In this document: piece by piece, positions 1-12,691 of the stretch
Layout: the number at the start of each line of letters is the position of its first letter
How positions within the stretch are numbered: position 1 is the stretch's first letter
The notes under the pieces: generated by a model
Databases searched by the model: none
What the model was told of the DNA's origin: nothing
The model's input: only the letters and a program-made list of their open reading frames with translations
Source of the DNA: Eledone cirrhosa
Taxonomy: Eukaryota
NCBI GenBank assembly: GCA_964016885.1
Contig: OZ024753.1
Coordinates: 14,818,001 to 14,882,000 of the forward strand
Direction: 5' to 3'
Length of the DNA: 64,000 nucleotides
Position numbers and translations under genes: made by a program

Positions 1-337
1 AGCAAAGAGCATAGCTCAGAGATCAGAGAGTCACTCCTGGTAGAGCCGCTACTTCTCCAGATTGAGAGATCACAGCTCTGATACAATGGGCATGAGGTTA
101 GAATGTCTCGGGAAAGAATCGCTGGACAGATTTTACAGGCAAAACCAAGTAGCAGGAGACCCAGAGGTAGACTCTGAGCAAGATGGTTGGATAACATCCA
201 TGAGCTTGGCTGGTCACGCTTTGGGATCCGGCTGGATCAGTTAGAGATGTTTGCTTCTGACAGACTCGCTGGAAGTAGTGTTTGAGGAGGGCTCTGCTCC
301 CACAACCGTCTCAGAAATAAGTGGGTGAAGAAGAAGA
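1..337 (+). mobile_element. Degenerate 3' end of an RTE-clade LINE (Expander/Rex3-like)
   Basis: Manual translation across stops gives EPLLLQIERSQL*YNGHEVRMS...RRPRGR..RWLDNI, typical of RTE ORF C-termini, ending in a (GAA)n tail. Related pieces at 44050-44175 (+) and 46880-47110 (-). Confidence 0.7.
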
Positions 338-398
338 TATTGTCAATTTACTTTTAGCAGAAAACCGCCCACGGGGCGGTTTTTCTGTTAGTATTAGA

Positions 399-568
399 TA
401 ATTGTTTCTACTTTAGGCACAAGGCCAGCAAATTACCCAGTGCATTACTGGTACTTTATTTTATCGACCCCGTAAGGATGAAAGGCAAAGTCAACCTCGG
501 CGGGATTTGAACTCAGATCGTAAAGGGACGTAACTATGCTGGAAAGCATGGCGTCCGACCCTCCACCG
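399..568 (-). mobile_element. tRNA-derived SINE, family A
   Basis: Reverse complement of the family consensus ggcggtggattggcagtatcggtagagg...gagttcaaatcccgccgagg...gtcgataaaataaagtaccag...gtagaaacaattat, with A-box-like and B-box (GTTCAAATCC) motifs. Confidence 0.85.
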
Positions 569-817
569 ATAATGATTAATGATTTATCAAATCTTCAAAG
601 GGTCAACTTTACTCTACCACTACAGAATACCAAACATCTAATTTCTCTTCCCATCATTCTCTACAAGCTTTCTCCTGATCAACAATACCCCCCCCCTCCC
701 CCAGGTTCTTTCTCTCATCCTTCTAATTCTGGAATGTCTAATTATTAAAATATTACCATATTTGAAATGGTTAATTAGTTTAATTAAGACAGACATTCCT
801 CATCAGCAAACATTTGC

Positions 818-1145
818 CATCATCATCATTGTTTAATGACATGATATCCCATTGTGAGGCAACCCGACCGCCATTTGCTCAGACAGAACTGATTTTGGCT
901 TCGGTTCTATAGCTAGATGCCCTTCCTCACACCAACCACATTTACAGCGTGAACCGGGTGCTTTTGTCCTGACAGCTACATGACCACTTTACAGTGGATG
1001 CAGGGTGTTAGGAAGAGGATCCAGCCATAGTAAGCCTGCCAGATACAGTCCTATATGAGCGAGACACAGTCACCCAACCAATCTTGTCTCAAGTGGGACA
1101 ATTCCCGTCTAACCCATGCTAGCGGGGAAGATAGACGTTAAACGA
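818..1145. mobile_element. Fragments of RTE 3'-UTR/SINE tail in both orientations
   Basis: Contains gatgcccttcctcacaccaaccacatttacag and aacccatgctagcggggaagatagacgttaaacgat, shared with many repeats in the window. Confidence 0.55.
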
Positions 1146-1196
1146 TATATACATAAATATATATACACACATATATATATATATATATATATAGAC

Positions 1197-1229
<33 letters not shown>

Positions 1230-1262
1230 TATAGACATATATATATATATATATATATAGAC

Positions 1263-1295
<33 letters not shown>

Positions 1296-1305
1296 TATAG
1301 ACATA

Positions 1306-1355
<50 letters not shown>

Positions 1356-1444
1356 CACATATATATATATCCAGATATATATATACACACACATATATAT
1401 ATATATATACATATATATAGACATATACAGATATATATATACAC

Positions 1445-1487
<43 letters not shown>

Positions 1488-1842
1488 CATATACATATAT
1501 ATATATATATATACATATATATAGACACATATATATATATACATATATATACACACATATATATAAACATATATATACACACATATATATAAATATATAT
1601 ATACACATATATATATATACACATATATATATATACATATATATATGTATATACATACATATGTATATACATACATATATATATACACACATATATATAC
1701 ATATATACATACACATATATATAACACATATATATATATACATATATACATACATACATATCATCATCATTTATTTTACGTCCGCTTTTCCCTGCTTGCA
1801 AGGGTGTGACCGTATATAAATACATACATATATATATATACA

Positions 1843-1875
<33 letters not shown>

Positions 1876-1945
1876 GCATACATATACATACATACACATA
1901 CATACATACACACACACACATATATTATATATATATATAACATAC
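1146..1945. repeat. Compound (TA)n/(CA)n microsatellite
   Basis: Direct reading; produces the spurious YI-repeat ORFs. A short RTE tail is embedded at about 1760-1812. Confidence 0.95.
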
Positions 1946-2287
1946 ATATGTTTGACATTAGATCCTATCATTTCATTGTGCTATTGTGTCATGTATATTC
2001 AGGTTTTTTTAGGTTTCTGTTGTGTTTTTCACTGGAATCATGTTTGGACTAGATTTCATTGTAATATATTTTGATCAAGTAACCAGGATTTACAGAATAA
2101 AACAATGAAGAGATTTCGTTTCAAACAATCACACTAAAAACCCACAAACCATAATAATTCACAAAAAATATCTCTTTTCATTTATCATTGTTTAATCATG
2201 TTTCGCTTAGCTTGGTTATTTTTGTATTGTTGTTGCTCTTATTATTGTTGTTATTATTATTAGTAGTAGTAGTGAGAGGGGAGGGGG

Positions 2288-3060
2288 GGCATTGGCAGTA
2301 GAGGGTCGGATGCCATGGTTTGCAGCAAAGAGTTCGACCCTTTATGATCTGAGTTCAAATCCCGCCGAGGTTAACTTTGCCTTTCATCCTTACGGGGTCG
2401 ATAAAATAAAGTACCAGTAATACACTGGGATAATTGTTGGCCTTGTGCCAAAAGTAGAAACAATTATTATTATTAATAGTAGTAGTAGGCGGTGGATTGG
2501 CAGTATCGGTAGTGGATCGGACGCCATGCTTTGCAGCATAGAGTCATGCCCCTTTATGATCTGAATTCAAATCTCGCCGAGTTTAGCTTTGCCTTTCATC
2601 ATTTCGGGGTCGATAAAATAAAGTACCAGTCATGCACTGGGTTTGATTTAATCGACTTTCCCCTCCACCAACATTGCTGGCTTTGTGTCTATATAAGAAA
2701 CTATTATTGCAGCATATAGTTACGTCCATTTATATTCTGAGTTCGAATCCCGCTAAAGTTAGCTGAGACAGCAGGTGTAACAATCTTTTGAGATTTTACC
2801 ATTTACGATGCAAACCACCCTGGCATTATTATTTTAGGGCGGTGGATTGGCAGTATTGGTAGAGGGCTGCACACCATGCTTTGCAACATAGAATTATGCC
2901 CCCTTTACTGTCTTAGTTCAAATCCCGTCGAGGTTAACTTTGCCTTTCATCCTTACAGAGTCGATAAAATAAAGTACCAGTAATGTTCTAGGGTTGATTT
3001 AATCGGCTTTCCTCTTCCCCCCAAAAAATTGCTGGCCTTGTGCCTATACTAGAAATCATC
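2288..3060 (+). mobile_element. Cluster of 3 full and 1 partial SINE family A copies
   Basis: Consensus repeated at about 2288, 2488, 2709 (partial) and 2837, all in the same orientation. Confidence 0.85.
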
Positions 3061-3176
3061 ATTATTATTATTGTCTTTACACAGTTTTGTTAGTAAAAGT
3101 CATGTCAGAGGATTGTGTAAGAAGATCTATTGTTTAATGTTAAACAACGTGTCCACACTTGAATGGAGATTGGACA

Positions 3177-3620
3177 GAGAGGATGGGATGGTGAAGGGGG
3201 GGGGGTAATATAGAGAGGATGGGTGACAGAGCTGCAGTGTGGAATGGTGAGAGGGGGGGATAATGTAGAGAGTTAGGGGGAATGGTGAGGGGTGGATTTA
3301 TAGAGAGGATGGGTGACAGAGCTGCAGTGTGGAATGGTGAGAGGGAGGGGGTATAATGTAGAGAGTTAGGGGGGAATGGTGAGGGGTGGATTATATAGAG
3401 AGGATGGGTGACAGAGCTGCAGTGTGGAATGGTGAGAGAGGGGATAATGTAGAGGGTTGTGGAGAATGGTGAGGGGAGGATTATATAGAGAGAATGGGTG
3501 ACAGAGCTGTAGTGTGGTATGGTGAGGGGGGATAATATAGAGAGGATGGGTGACAGAGCTACAGTGTGGGAGGGGGGATAATATAGAGAGGATGGGTGAC
3601 AGAGCTACAAAATGGGGTGC
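3177..3620. repeat. G-rich tandem repeat, about 90-bp unit with shorter subunits
   Basis: tatagagag(g/a)atgggtgacagagct recurs six times. Confidence 0.85.
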
Positions 3621-4039
3621 AGTACCTCTCTCTCCACTCTGATTCTCCTTCTAAAGAGGTACCTAAAGAAGGGACTAAGTTGTTGTCCGAAGAGAAAGGC
3701 ATCTGTCCTCTGTTCTCTCAACCTTGACCACCATATAACCTGTTTCACCATAGCTACTGTACAGAGGAAAACCTCCTCTTTTTCGTTTAGAGAGAGAGAG
3801 AGAGAAATATAAAGATAGATAGATGGACAGATCATCATCATTGGTTATGTCGACTTTTCTCTGCTGGTATGAGTTGGACAGGATTGTTTCCAAGAGTGAA
3901 ATTCCCTTGTGGAATTGGTACTTTACAAATGGACTGTAAAACCAAGAGTAAATATTTTTTTTATGTCCAACAGAATGATTGATGAATTGAAAATTACTGG
4001 GATGTGTGTGTATGTGTGTGTGTATTCGTCTGTGTTATA

Positions 4040-4432
4040 TCATCATCATCACCGTTTTACGTCCGTACTTCCATGCTAGCATGGGTTAGAAGGATTGTCC
4101 TGTTGTGGGCAGTGTCTGATCGGCTGACCTTGTCTTGCTCATATGGGAACTGATTCTGGCTTGATTTCTACAGCTGAATGCCCTTCCTAACACCAACCTC
4201 ATTTTACAGTGCGTGCTGGGTGCTTTTTTGCCGTGGCACCTCCACGACCACTTTGCAGTGGAATGATAGGGACCCCAGTCCCTATCATCTCATTTCTACA
4301 GCTGAGTAAACTGGAGCAAATGTGAAATAAAGTGTCTTGCTCAAGGAAACAACACATCACCCAGTCTGAGAATTGAACTCACAACCTTTCGATTGCACGG
4401 CCAATGCTCTAACCATTAAGCCATGTGCCTTC
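4040..4432 (-). mobile_element. tRNA/CORE-like SINE family B with RTE family-2 tail
   Basis: Head ggcacatggcttaatggttagagc...gagttcaattc, central ccttgagcaagacactttatttcac...cagctgtagaaatgag, tail ...ctaacccatgctagcatggaag...acggtgatgatg. Confidence 0.85.
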
Positions 4433-4605
4433 ACTCTTGCTCAAGGAAACAACACATCACACATATATATGTGTGTGTGTGTATTTGTCTTTGTGTTATA
4501 TATATATATATATCTTATCTTATATATAAAGTTGTAGTTTCTGTCTGTTTGTTTGTTCACTATATATATATACATATAAATACATATATATATATATATA
4601 TATAT

Positions 4606-4975
4606 AAGGAGTGAAGAATAACACGGATCAGATAGCGGTCTTTAGACATACCGTACCAATGAAACATTTGTTAATACTTGGAATAACTCCAATTGTATAG
4701 TTGATCCATGTTATTCTTTACTCCTTTATTATTGATACTCCAGGAACTGCTTACCTAGGAACTGTCAGGAATCGGCCACCCAAATACCACAACTAATTAT
4801 ACATCTTATGGAGTTAAACAACGGCTAATTCTGGACTAGTCCAGAATTAGCCGTCGAAACGGCTTGAGCTCAGCCGTCGGGGTCCTACTCGTTCCTATTA
4901 CCCACTCTACTACCCTAAGTATTGAGTACTTTGGTGCGTTATGGTCCACCTGGTTCCTTACCACATTTCCTTCAT
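4606..4975 (+). mobile_element. Two abutting PLE-like 3'-end remnants with partial hammerheads
   Basis: 25-bp inverted arms at 4606-4630 and 4702-4726; perfect palindrome at 4821-4854; GAAA-cggct/agccg-UC hammerhead 3' half at 4856-4885; tail with TTGAGTACT; flanked by (TA)n. Confidence 0.6.
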
Positions 4976-5044
4976 TATATATATATATATATATAAATGA
5001 AATAACAGGAGGCTGGACTGGTGTAAATCCTTGAAAGGTTTATT

Positions 5045-5102
5045 ATACTATGATCATTTCAATGACTAGGTTCCATATGAATCCGGTGATATCATCAGGT
5101 AT
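5045..5102 (-). ncRNA. Type I minimal hammerhead ribozyme motif (in PLE-like cassette 4997-5335)
   Basis: Minus strand: atac CUGAUGA [stem II] GAAA ugauca UA guau; stem I atac/gtat; palindromic stem III. Same family as 17914. Confidence 0.7.
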
Positions 5103-5353
5103 TGGAATATAACAAAGGAATATGTAAAAAGCCATGGGTCCGAGAAACCAGAGACAGAGAAGGCGGTTGACCAAATAGCTTCACAGCCAGCTGCCCTCAA
5201 AGTATTCGCACCACCAACTACACAAACGAAGATGGGTGAACTGCACTGCGTTGAGTACTCTTCACAATATTACACCAGGATTGACCATACGGAATGACCA
5301 GTTCTATCCAGTGGTGAACCAACAAACCTTAAGAAATATATATATATATATAT

Positions 5354-5512
5354 GGGGAAAAGTTTAACCCCGATGGCAGAGCTCAAGCCATTTCGACGGC
5401 TAGACCTCTGCCGTCGGGGTTAAACTTTTTCCTATTACCCACTCTACTACCATAAGTATTGAGTACTCTGGTGCGGTATGGTCCATCTGGTTCCTTACCA
5501 CACCTCCTTCGT
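5354..5512. mobile_element. PLE-like foldback remnant with hammerhead 3' half
   Basis: Inverted arms ggggaaaagtttaaccccgatggcagag / ctctgccgtcggggttaaactttttcct; minus strand GAAA-tggc..gcca-UC; tail shared with 4897-4975 and 50771-50850. Confidence 0.65.
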
Positions 5513-5699
5513 TATATATATATATATATATATATATACATGTGTATAATCAAGTAATATGTATGCACATGTACAGTTTGCCATTGTGTGCATATATATA
5601 CACACTTAAACTATACCATCATGCATGTACATACATATGAAGGTCAGTCCCTGGTACCCAATATATGGAATGCTGAAATTCACCTACACATTCTCATAC

Positions 5700-6110
5700 A
5701 TCATCTATGAGCATATGCGTTCGTCAGCATGCTTATTGGATGTACAATGTAAATGTAAGAGAAAGGCAGAGCTTGGATGAGTTGAGGGAAAAACTGGGTT
5801 TAAGAGCAATCCAAAGTGGTGTCCAGGAGAGAAGACTGTGTTGGTATGGATATGTGATTCATATGGATGATGATTGCTAGTTGAAGAGGTGCCAGGTAAT
5901 CCCAGCGGAAGAAAGTTGCAGTAGAAATAGACCAAGAAAGACTTGGGCAGATGGTGTGAAAGCTGATTTCAAGTCATTGAAACTCAAAGAGGAGTTGACA
6001 AAGAAATGTGGCAAGTGGAAAGATGGTGTGGTGAAAAGTACCTTTCCAACCCATGCAAGTGTGGAAACAGGGACATAAAAACAATGATGATGATGATGAT
6101 GATGATGATG
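5700..6110 (+). mobile_element. Degenerate RTE LINE 3' end with (ATG)n tail
   Basis: ORF 5881-6078 reads RPRKTWADGVKAD...FPTHASVETGT, homologous to the other RTE C-termini. Confidence 0.85.
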
Positions 6111-6204
6111 CACCTTCACTCACGTAGACATTTATGGCATGAGGTATCTGCATATAAAAAGAGTCAGGGTACCTGAAGAGTTTGTAGACTGACCATGAAG
6201 GAGT

Positions 6205-6472
6205 GATGCTAGAGTTGTGAAATATTGCATGCATTAATTTCAACTCTTGTCAATAACGGCATTGTTTCTTGCCAGGGACTATGTTGAAAAATAAACCTCA
6301 TTTGGTCATTCCATGAGAGTATCTTGGTCAGACTATGAATGATTGATGCTAGACTGTGAAATCTTACCTGCATTAATTTCAACTTTTCTTATCAATAACT
6401 GCATTGTTTCTTTCCAGGGACTATGTTGAAAAATAAACCCCATTTGCTCATTCCCTGAGAGTATCTTGGTCA
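6205..6472. repeat. Imperfect tandem duplication, about 140-bp period, 2 copies
   Basis: tgatgctaga...gcattaatttcaact...ccagggactatgttgaaaaataaacc...gagagtatcttggtca occurs twice. Confidence 0.8.
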
Positions 6473-6981
6473 ACTGACTCCCATATCTTTGACTGTACAA
6501 GGATACTTGATACTATTTATATGCATATTTACTTCCTCTCAAACGAGGACAGGTAACAACTACGACAGGTAAAAACATACCAGTTGATGTGGTGTCAGCA
6601 TCGACAGGTAGATGATATGTGTGTATTTACAGGTCTTAAACCAAATGCTACTTGAAATATACAAGCAGGTGTTGTTAGTTCTATAGGCCATCATGACTAA
6701 GCATGCATGCTTTCTCTAACAACCATGTGTACCAACCTTTGCACAAAAGTATATATATCCTAACACACATATATACCTATCCATGCACATACATAGGGGA
6801 ATACTCCCAGGGAAGAGCAACCCCTCCTTCCCCTATTATATACACATATTACTACTTCCACTTATTCCCTATGCCCAAAACATGCATTAATTCTTCCTGC
6901 TACAACTGACTAATCTTAGAATAAATAAACAAATACACAATTTTAATTATTTCACCAGAAAATAACTCATTATTTCTTTGA

Positions 6982-7772
6982 GGGCGGTGGATTGGCAGTA
7001 TCGGTAGAGGGTCGGACGCCATGCTTTGAAGCATAGAGTTACCTTCCTTTATGATCTGAGTTCAAATCCAGCCGAGGTTAACTTTGCCTTTCATCCTTAC
7101 AGGGTCGATAAAATAAAGTACCAGTAATGTACTGGGTAATTGCTGGCCTTGTGCCAAAAGTGGAAACAATTATCTTTTTAAGTAGCGGTGGATTGGCAGT
7201 ATCAGTAGAGGGTTGGACGCCATGCTTTGAGTTCAAATCCTGCCTAGGTTAATTTTGTCTTTCATCCTTATGGGGTCGATAAAATAGAGTACCAGTCGAT
7301 TTAATCGACTTTCCCCTCCCCCAAAATTGCTGGCCTTGTGCCTACATAAGAAACCATTATTTCTTTGAGTAGTGGTGGATTGGTACTATCAGGAGAGGGT
7401 CTGACGCCATGCTTTGCAGCACAGAGTTACGTCCCTTTACAGTCTGAGTTCATATCCAGCCAAGGGTAACTTTGCCTTTCATCCTTACGGGGTTGATAAA
7501 ATAAAGTACCAGTAATGCACTGGGGTAATTGCTGGCCTTGTGCCAAAAGTAGAAACAATTATTTATTATATATAAGGGCGGTGGTTTGGCATTATCGCTA
7601 GAGTGTCAGACACCATGCTTTGCAGCATAGAGTTATGGCCCTTTGCGCTCTGTGTTCAAATTCCGCCACAAGATTAACTTTGTCTTTCATCCTTACGGGG
7701 GTCAATAGAATAAAGTACCAGTAATGCACTGGGGTAATTGCTGGCCTTGTGCCAAATGTAGAAACAATTATT
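6982..7772 (+). mobile_element. Head-to-tail array of 4 SINE family A copies
   Basis: Copies start at about 6982, 7184, 7371 and 7576. Confidence 0.88.
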
Positions 7773-8008
7773 TCTTTGAGTAATCCTCCCCTGTACAAAA
7801 TATACTTCTTCCTAATCACCCATATTTTCCCTCAACATTCCTTTATATAGCTTTTGCTTATTTCTAAAACCCTGTCACTTCAATATGTGTTTCCCCAATA
7901 AATACAAATTAATAAAAATGCTCACATACATATTATTTCTCTTCTATTTCTTGAGTAATCCCTCCATTGAATGTGTAACATACACAAAATTCTTGTTCCA
8001 GACTTCCC

Positions 8009-10970
8009 GATCCTTTATCACAACAAGATCCCACCCAGTAAGGTCAGTACCCCTCACCAATGAAGTCCTGATCCTTCCTCACAATAAGATCCCACCCAGT
8101 AAGGTCAGTATCCCTCACCAATGAAGCCCTGATCCTTCCTCACAATAAGATCCCACCCAGTAAGGTCAGTATCCCTCACCAATGGAGTCCTGATCCTTCC
8201 TCACAATAAGATCCCACCCAGTAAGGTCAGTATCCCTCACCAATGAAGTCCTGATCCTTCCTCACAATAAGATCCCACCCAGTAAGGTCAGTATCCCTCA
8301 CCAATGAAGCCCTGATCCTTCCTCACAATAAGATCCCACCCAGTAAGGTCAGTACCCCTCACCAATGGAGTCCTGATCCTTCCTCACAATAAGATCCCAC
8401 CCAGTAAGGTCAGTATCCCTCACCAATGAAGCCCTGATCCTTCCTCACAATAATATCCCACCCAGTAAGGTCAGTATCCCTCACCAATGGAGTCCTGATC
8501 CTTCCTCAATAAGATCCCACCCAGTAAGGCCAGTACCCCTCACCAATGAAGCCCTGATCCTTCCTCACAATAAGATCCCACCCAGTAAGGTCAGTATCCC
8601 TCACCAATGAAGCCCTGATCCTTCCTCACAATAAGATCCCACCCAGTAAGGTCAGTATCCCTCACCAATGGAGTCCTGATTCTTCCTCACAATAAGATCC
8701 CACCCAGTAAGGTCAGTACCCCTCACCAATGAAGCCCTGATCCTTCCTCACAATAAGATCCCACCCAGTAAGGTCAGTATCCCTCACCAATGGAGTCCTG
8801 ATCCTTCCTCACAATAAGATCCCACCCAGTAAGGTCAGTACCCCTCACCAATGAAGCCCTGATCCTTCCTCACAATAAGATCCCACCCAGTAAGGTCAGT
8901 ATCCCTCACCAATGAAGCCCTGATCCTTCCTCACAATAAGATCCCACCCAGTAAGGTCAGTATCCCTCACCAATGAAGTCCTGATCCTTCCTCACAATAA
9001 GATCCCACCCAGTAAGGTCAGTATCCCTCACCAATGGAGTCCTGATCCTTCCTCACAATAAGATCCCACCCAGTAAGGTCAGTATCCCTCACCAATGAAG
9101 CCCTGATCCTTCCTCACAATAAGATCCCACCCAGTAAGGTCAGTATCCCTCACCAATGAAGTCCTGATCCTTCCTCACAATAAGATCCCACCCAGTAAGG
9201 TCAGTACCCCTCACCAATGGAGTCCTGATCCTTCCTCACAATAAGATCCCACCCAGTAAGGTCAGTACCCCTCACCAATGGAGTCCTGATCCTTCCTCAC
9301 AATAAGATCCCACCCAGTAAGGTCAGTACCCCTCACCAATGGAGTCCTGATCCTTCCTCACAATAAGATCCCACCCAGTAAGGTCAGTACCCCTCACCAA
9401 TGGAGTCCTGATCCTTCCTCACAATAAGATCCCACCCAGTAAGGCCAGTACCCCTCACCAATGGAGTCCTGATCCTTCCCCACAATAAGATCCCACCCAG
9501 TAAGGTCAGTATCCCTCACCAATGGAGTCCTGATCCTTCCTCACAATAAGATCCCACCCAGTAAGGTCAGTACCCCTCACCAATGGAGTACTGATCCTTC
9601 CTCACAATAAGATCCCACCCAGTAAGGTCAGTACCCCTCACCAATGGAGTCCTGATCCTTCCTCACAATAAGATCCCACCCAGTAAGGTCAGTACCCCTC
9701 ACCAATGAAGTCCTGATCCTTCCTCACAATAAGATCCCACCCAGTAAGGTCAGTATCCCTCACCAATGGAGTCCTGATCCTTCCTCACAATAAGATCCCA
9801 CCCAGTAAGGTCAGTACCCCTCACCAATGGAGTCCTGATCCTTCCTCACAATAAGATCCCACCCAGTAAGGTCAGTATCCCTCACCAATGAAGTCCTGAT
9901 CCTTCCTCACAATAAGATCCCACCCAGAAAGGTCAGTATCCCTCACCAATGAAGTCCTGATCCTTCCTCACAATAAGATCCCACCCAGTAAGGTTAGTAC
10001 CCCTCACCAATGAAGTCCTGATCTTTCCTCACAATAAGATCCCACCCAGTAAGGTCAGTACCCCTCACCAATGGAGTCCCGATCCTTCCTCACAATAAGA
10101 TCCCACCCAGTAAGGTCAGTATCCCTCATCAATGAAGTCCTGATCCTTCCTCACAATAAGATCCCACCCAGTAAGGTCAGTATCCCTCACCAATGGAGTC
10201 CCGATCCTTCCTCACAATAAGATCCCACCCAGTAAGGTCAGTATCCCTCACCAATGGAGTCCTGATCCTTCCCCACAATAAGATCCCACCCAGTAAGGTC
10301 AGTACCCCTCACCAATGAAGTCCTGATCCTTCCCCACAATAAGATCCCACCCAGTAAGGTCAGTATCCCTCACCAATGGAGTCCTGATCCTTCCTCACAA
10401 TAAGATCCCACCCAGTAAGGTCAGTACCCCTCACCAATGAAGTCCTGATCCTTCCTCACAATAAGATCCCACCCAGTAAGGTCAGTACCCCTCACCAATG
10501 GAGTCCTGATCCTTCCTCACAATAAGATCCCACCCAGTAAGGTCAGTACCCCTCACCAATGGAGTCCTGATCCTTCCTCACAATAAGATCCCACCCAGTA
10601 AGGTCAGTACCCCTCACCAATGGAGTCCTGATCCTTCCTCACAATAAGATCCCACCCAGTAAGGTCAGTACCCCTCACCAATGGAGTCCTGATCCTTCCT
10701 CACAATAAAATCCCACCCAGTAAGGTCAGTATCCCTCACCAATGAAGTCCTGATCCTTCCTCACAATAAGATCCCACCCAGTAAGGTCAGTATCCCTCAC
10801 CAATGAAGTCCTGATCTCGCACAACAATAAGATCCCATCCAGTGAGGTCAATAAACCTCACTACTCCCCACAACAATAAGATCCCACCCATTGAGGCCAG
10901 TATCCCTCACTACCTCCCAATCTCTCATCGCAATAAGATCTCATCCAGTACGGCCAGTACCCCTCACCAA
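8009..10970. repeat. 61-bp minisatellite, about 48 copies
   Basis: Unit aataagatcccacccagtaaggtcagtaYccctcaccaatgRagYcctgatccttcctcac; register shifts by +1 per 60-nt line; degenerate edges. Confidence 0.97.
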
Positions 10971-11390
10971 TGGTTATGTTTGGGCTTCCTACTTGGTGCT
11001 TTGCACCTGCTGACCAGAGAAGCAGTTTTTCTGTAGGCTCACCATGGCTCAACATGACTAGCAAGATCCAAGTGATGGGATCGCACTTTCAATGAAACAT
11101 GTGGCAGATCACCATAAAGAACCTTGGTTCTTTGCCACAAAATGTTGAATACCACATGTAACATGTGTTGCATATTACTAATAACTTTATTATTAAACCA
11201 ACCAACATCCATGCCTTGTGTCTATACACACACTCCACCGCACATCTAATAATCCTGAAAGCCATAAATCAAGCCAGTGGACCTTACAAAGAAGCAAATT
11301 TCAGATATTCAAGGCAGGTGGAAGAACCAATAAAGCTGAAGTTCTGATGTTACTGTCACTTTTCTCTTCAAGAAATATATGTGTATATAT

Positions 11391-11730
11391 GGAGGCACAT
11401 GGCTTAGTGGTTAGAGCATTGGGCTTGCAATTGAAAGGTTGTGAGTTCAATTCTCAGACTGGGTGATGTGTTGTTTCCTTGAGCAAGACACTTTATTTCA
11501 CATTGCTCCAGTTTACTCAGCTGTAGAAATGAGATGATAGGGACTGGGGTCACTATCATTCCACTGCAAAGTGGTCGTGTAGGTGCCACGGCAAAAAAGC
11601 ACCCAGCACTCACTGTAAATGAGGTTGGTGTTAGGAAGGGCATCCAGCTGTAAAAATCAAGCCAGAATCAGTTCCCGTCCCACCCTTGCAAGCAGGGAAA
11701 AGTGGACATAAAATGAAATGATGATGATGA
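11391..11730 (+). mobile_element. SINE family B with RTE family-1 tail
   Basis: tRNA-like head, CORE-like centre, ending cagttcccgtcccacccttgcaagcagggaaaagtggacataaaatga(atg)n. Confidence 0.88.
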
Positions 11731-11783
11731 TGTGTGTGTGTGTTTGGTAAGGTATGTATGTATGTATATATATATATATGTGT

Positions 11784-12682
11784 CAGGTCGCTCTCGAGTG
11801 CTACTAGTAACATGTAACCCAGTACAACCTGTCTCATGGTCGGGGCATCGGCAACTAAACCGGCAACCCAACCAAATTGCTTGGTGAGGAGGGTGATATT
11901 TGGACACCCTGCAGGATGAAATACAAGACCTGTCGAAGGGCGGAGGAACTCAGCAGAGTCAACGGCCATCCTAATAGTACTTTTTTTTTTTCACCTGGGA
12001 GTGAAAGGCCCCCAATTGTTGTAACAAAACCTTTCTAAAAGAGGGAAACTCTGAAAAAAAACCTGTGGCTTCGGAAGCATCCGATGATGTTGACCAGTTC
12101 TCTTTTTCGGGTAGTGTTTTCGATGCTCAGAGAGTGGGATTGGTCGAGTGCAAGGCCTTTCCCCACTTAAAAAACCTTCAAAGCACAGGCATTGTTTCTT
12201 CATGATCTGTTACAGGTTCGTGTGGCTGGCCATAGCCGAAAAGTGCACCATTTTCTGTAATCTGACAAGCGATTGCAATAATCTTAGCAGAGTTTGCAGC
12301 CACCATGTATATATATATATACATACACTTGCTGTTGAACAACATCTGGTTTGCCAGCAGTGTGGTCAAGTTTGCCTGAGCAAAGCTGGTCTGATAAGAC
12401 ATGAACAAAGTCATATCAGTAGACCTCATGTAGATTATGATCTAAAATGGTGTAGGGGGTGTGGCAAGGAATGTGCAAGCATGGGAGGTCTTAAAAGACA
12501 TACGAGAACACACAGTTAGAACCAAGCAGTGGAGAGTGCCGGAGGAGTCTACAGTTCCCATGTGTGTGTGCCAGACGGTGCAAGTCTTTGGGTGGTTTAA
12601 AGAGCCTCATTCATGCCTCACATTTCTAAGCATCTTATCGTGCGATGGCAATGTTCAAACACGAGTTTGTGGCTTTCATGTA
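11784..12682 (+). mobile_element. RTE-like LINE remnants: putative 5' region plus C-terminal C2H2 zinc-finger-like motifs
   Basis: ORF 12148-12519 contains CQQC..GLIRHEQSH and CRGC..GLKRHTRTH, with a third motif after it. Homologous segments occur inverted at 60160-60345 and 60490-60600. Confidence 0.6.
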
Positions 12683-12691
12683 TGATATATA

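Noticed and set aside
355-390. GC-rich hairpin with T/A runs resembling a bidirectional rho-independent terminator
   Set aside because: Eukaryotic context with no adjacent gene; more likely a transposon-derived (Helitron-type) hairpin.
6363-6515. Possible minus-strand exon ending at gcag|gtaaga
   Set aside because: Short frame with no recognisable protein, no clear acceptor, and it lies in a local duplication.
8009-10970. CRISPR-like array or tandem retrozyme
   Set aside because: No unique spacers and no CUGANGA..GAAA core; it is a plain tandem repeat in eukaryotic DNA.
11391-11465. tRNA genes at SINE heads
   Set aside because: A/B boxes are present but there is no intact cloverleaf, and they are always joined to a SINE body.
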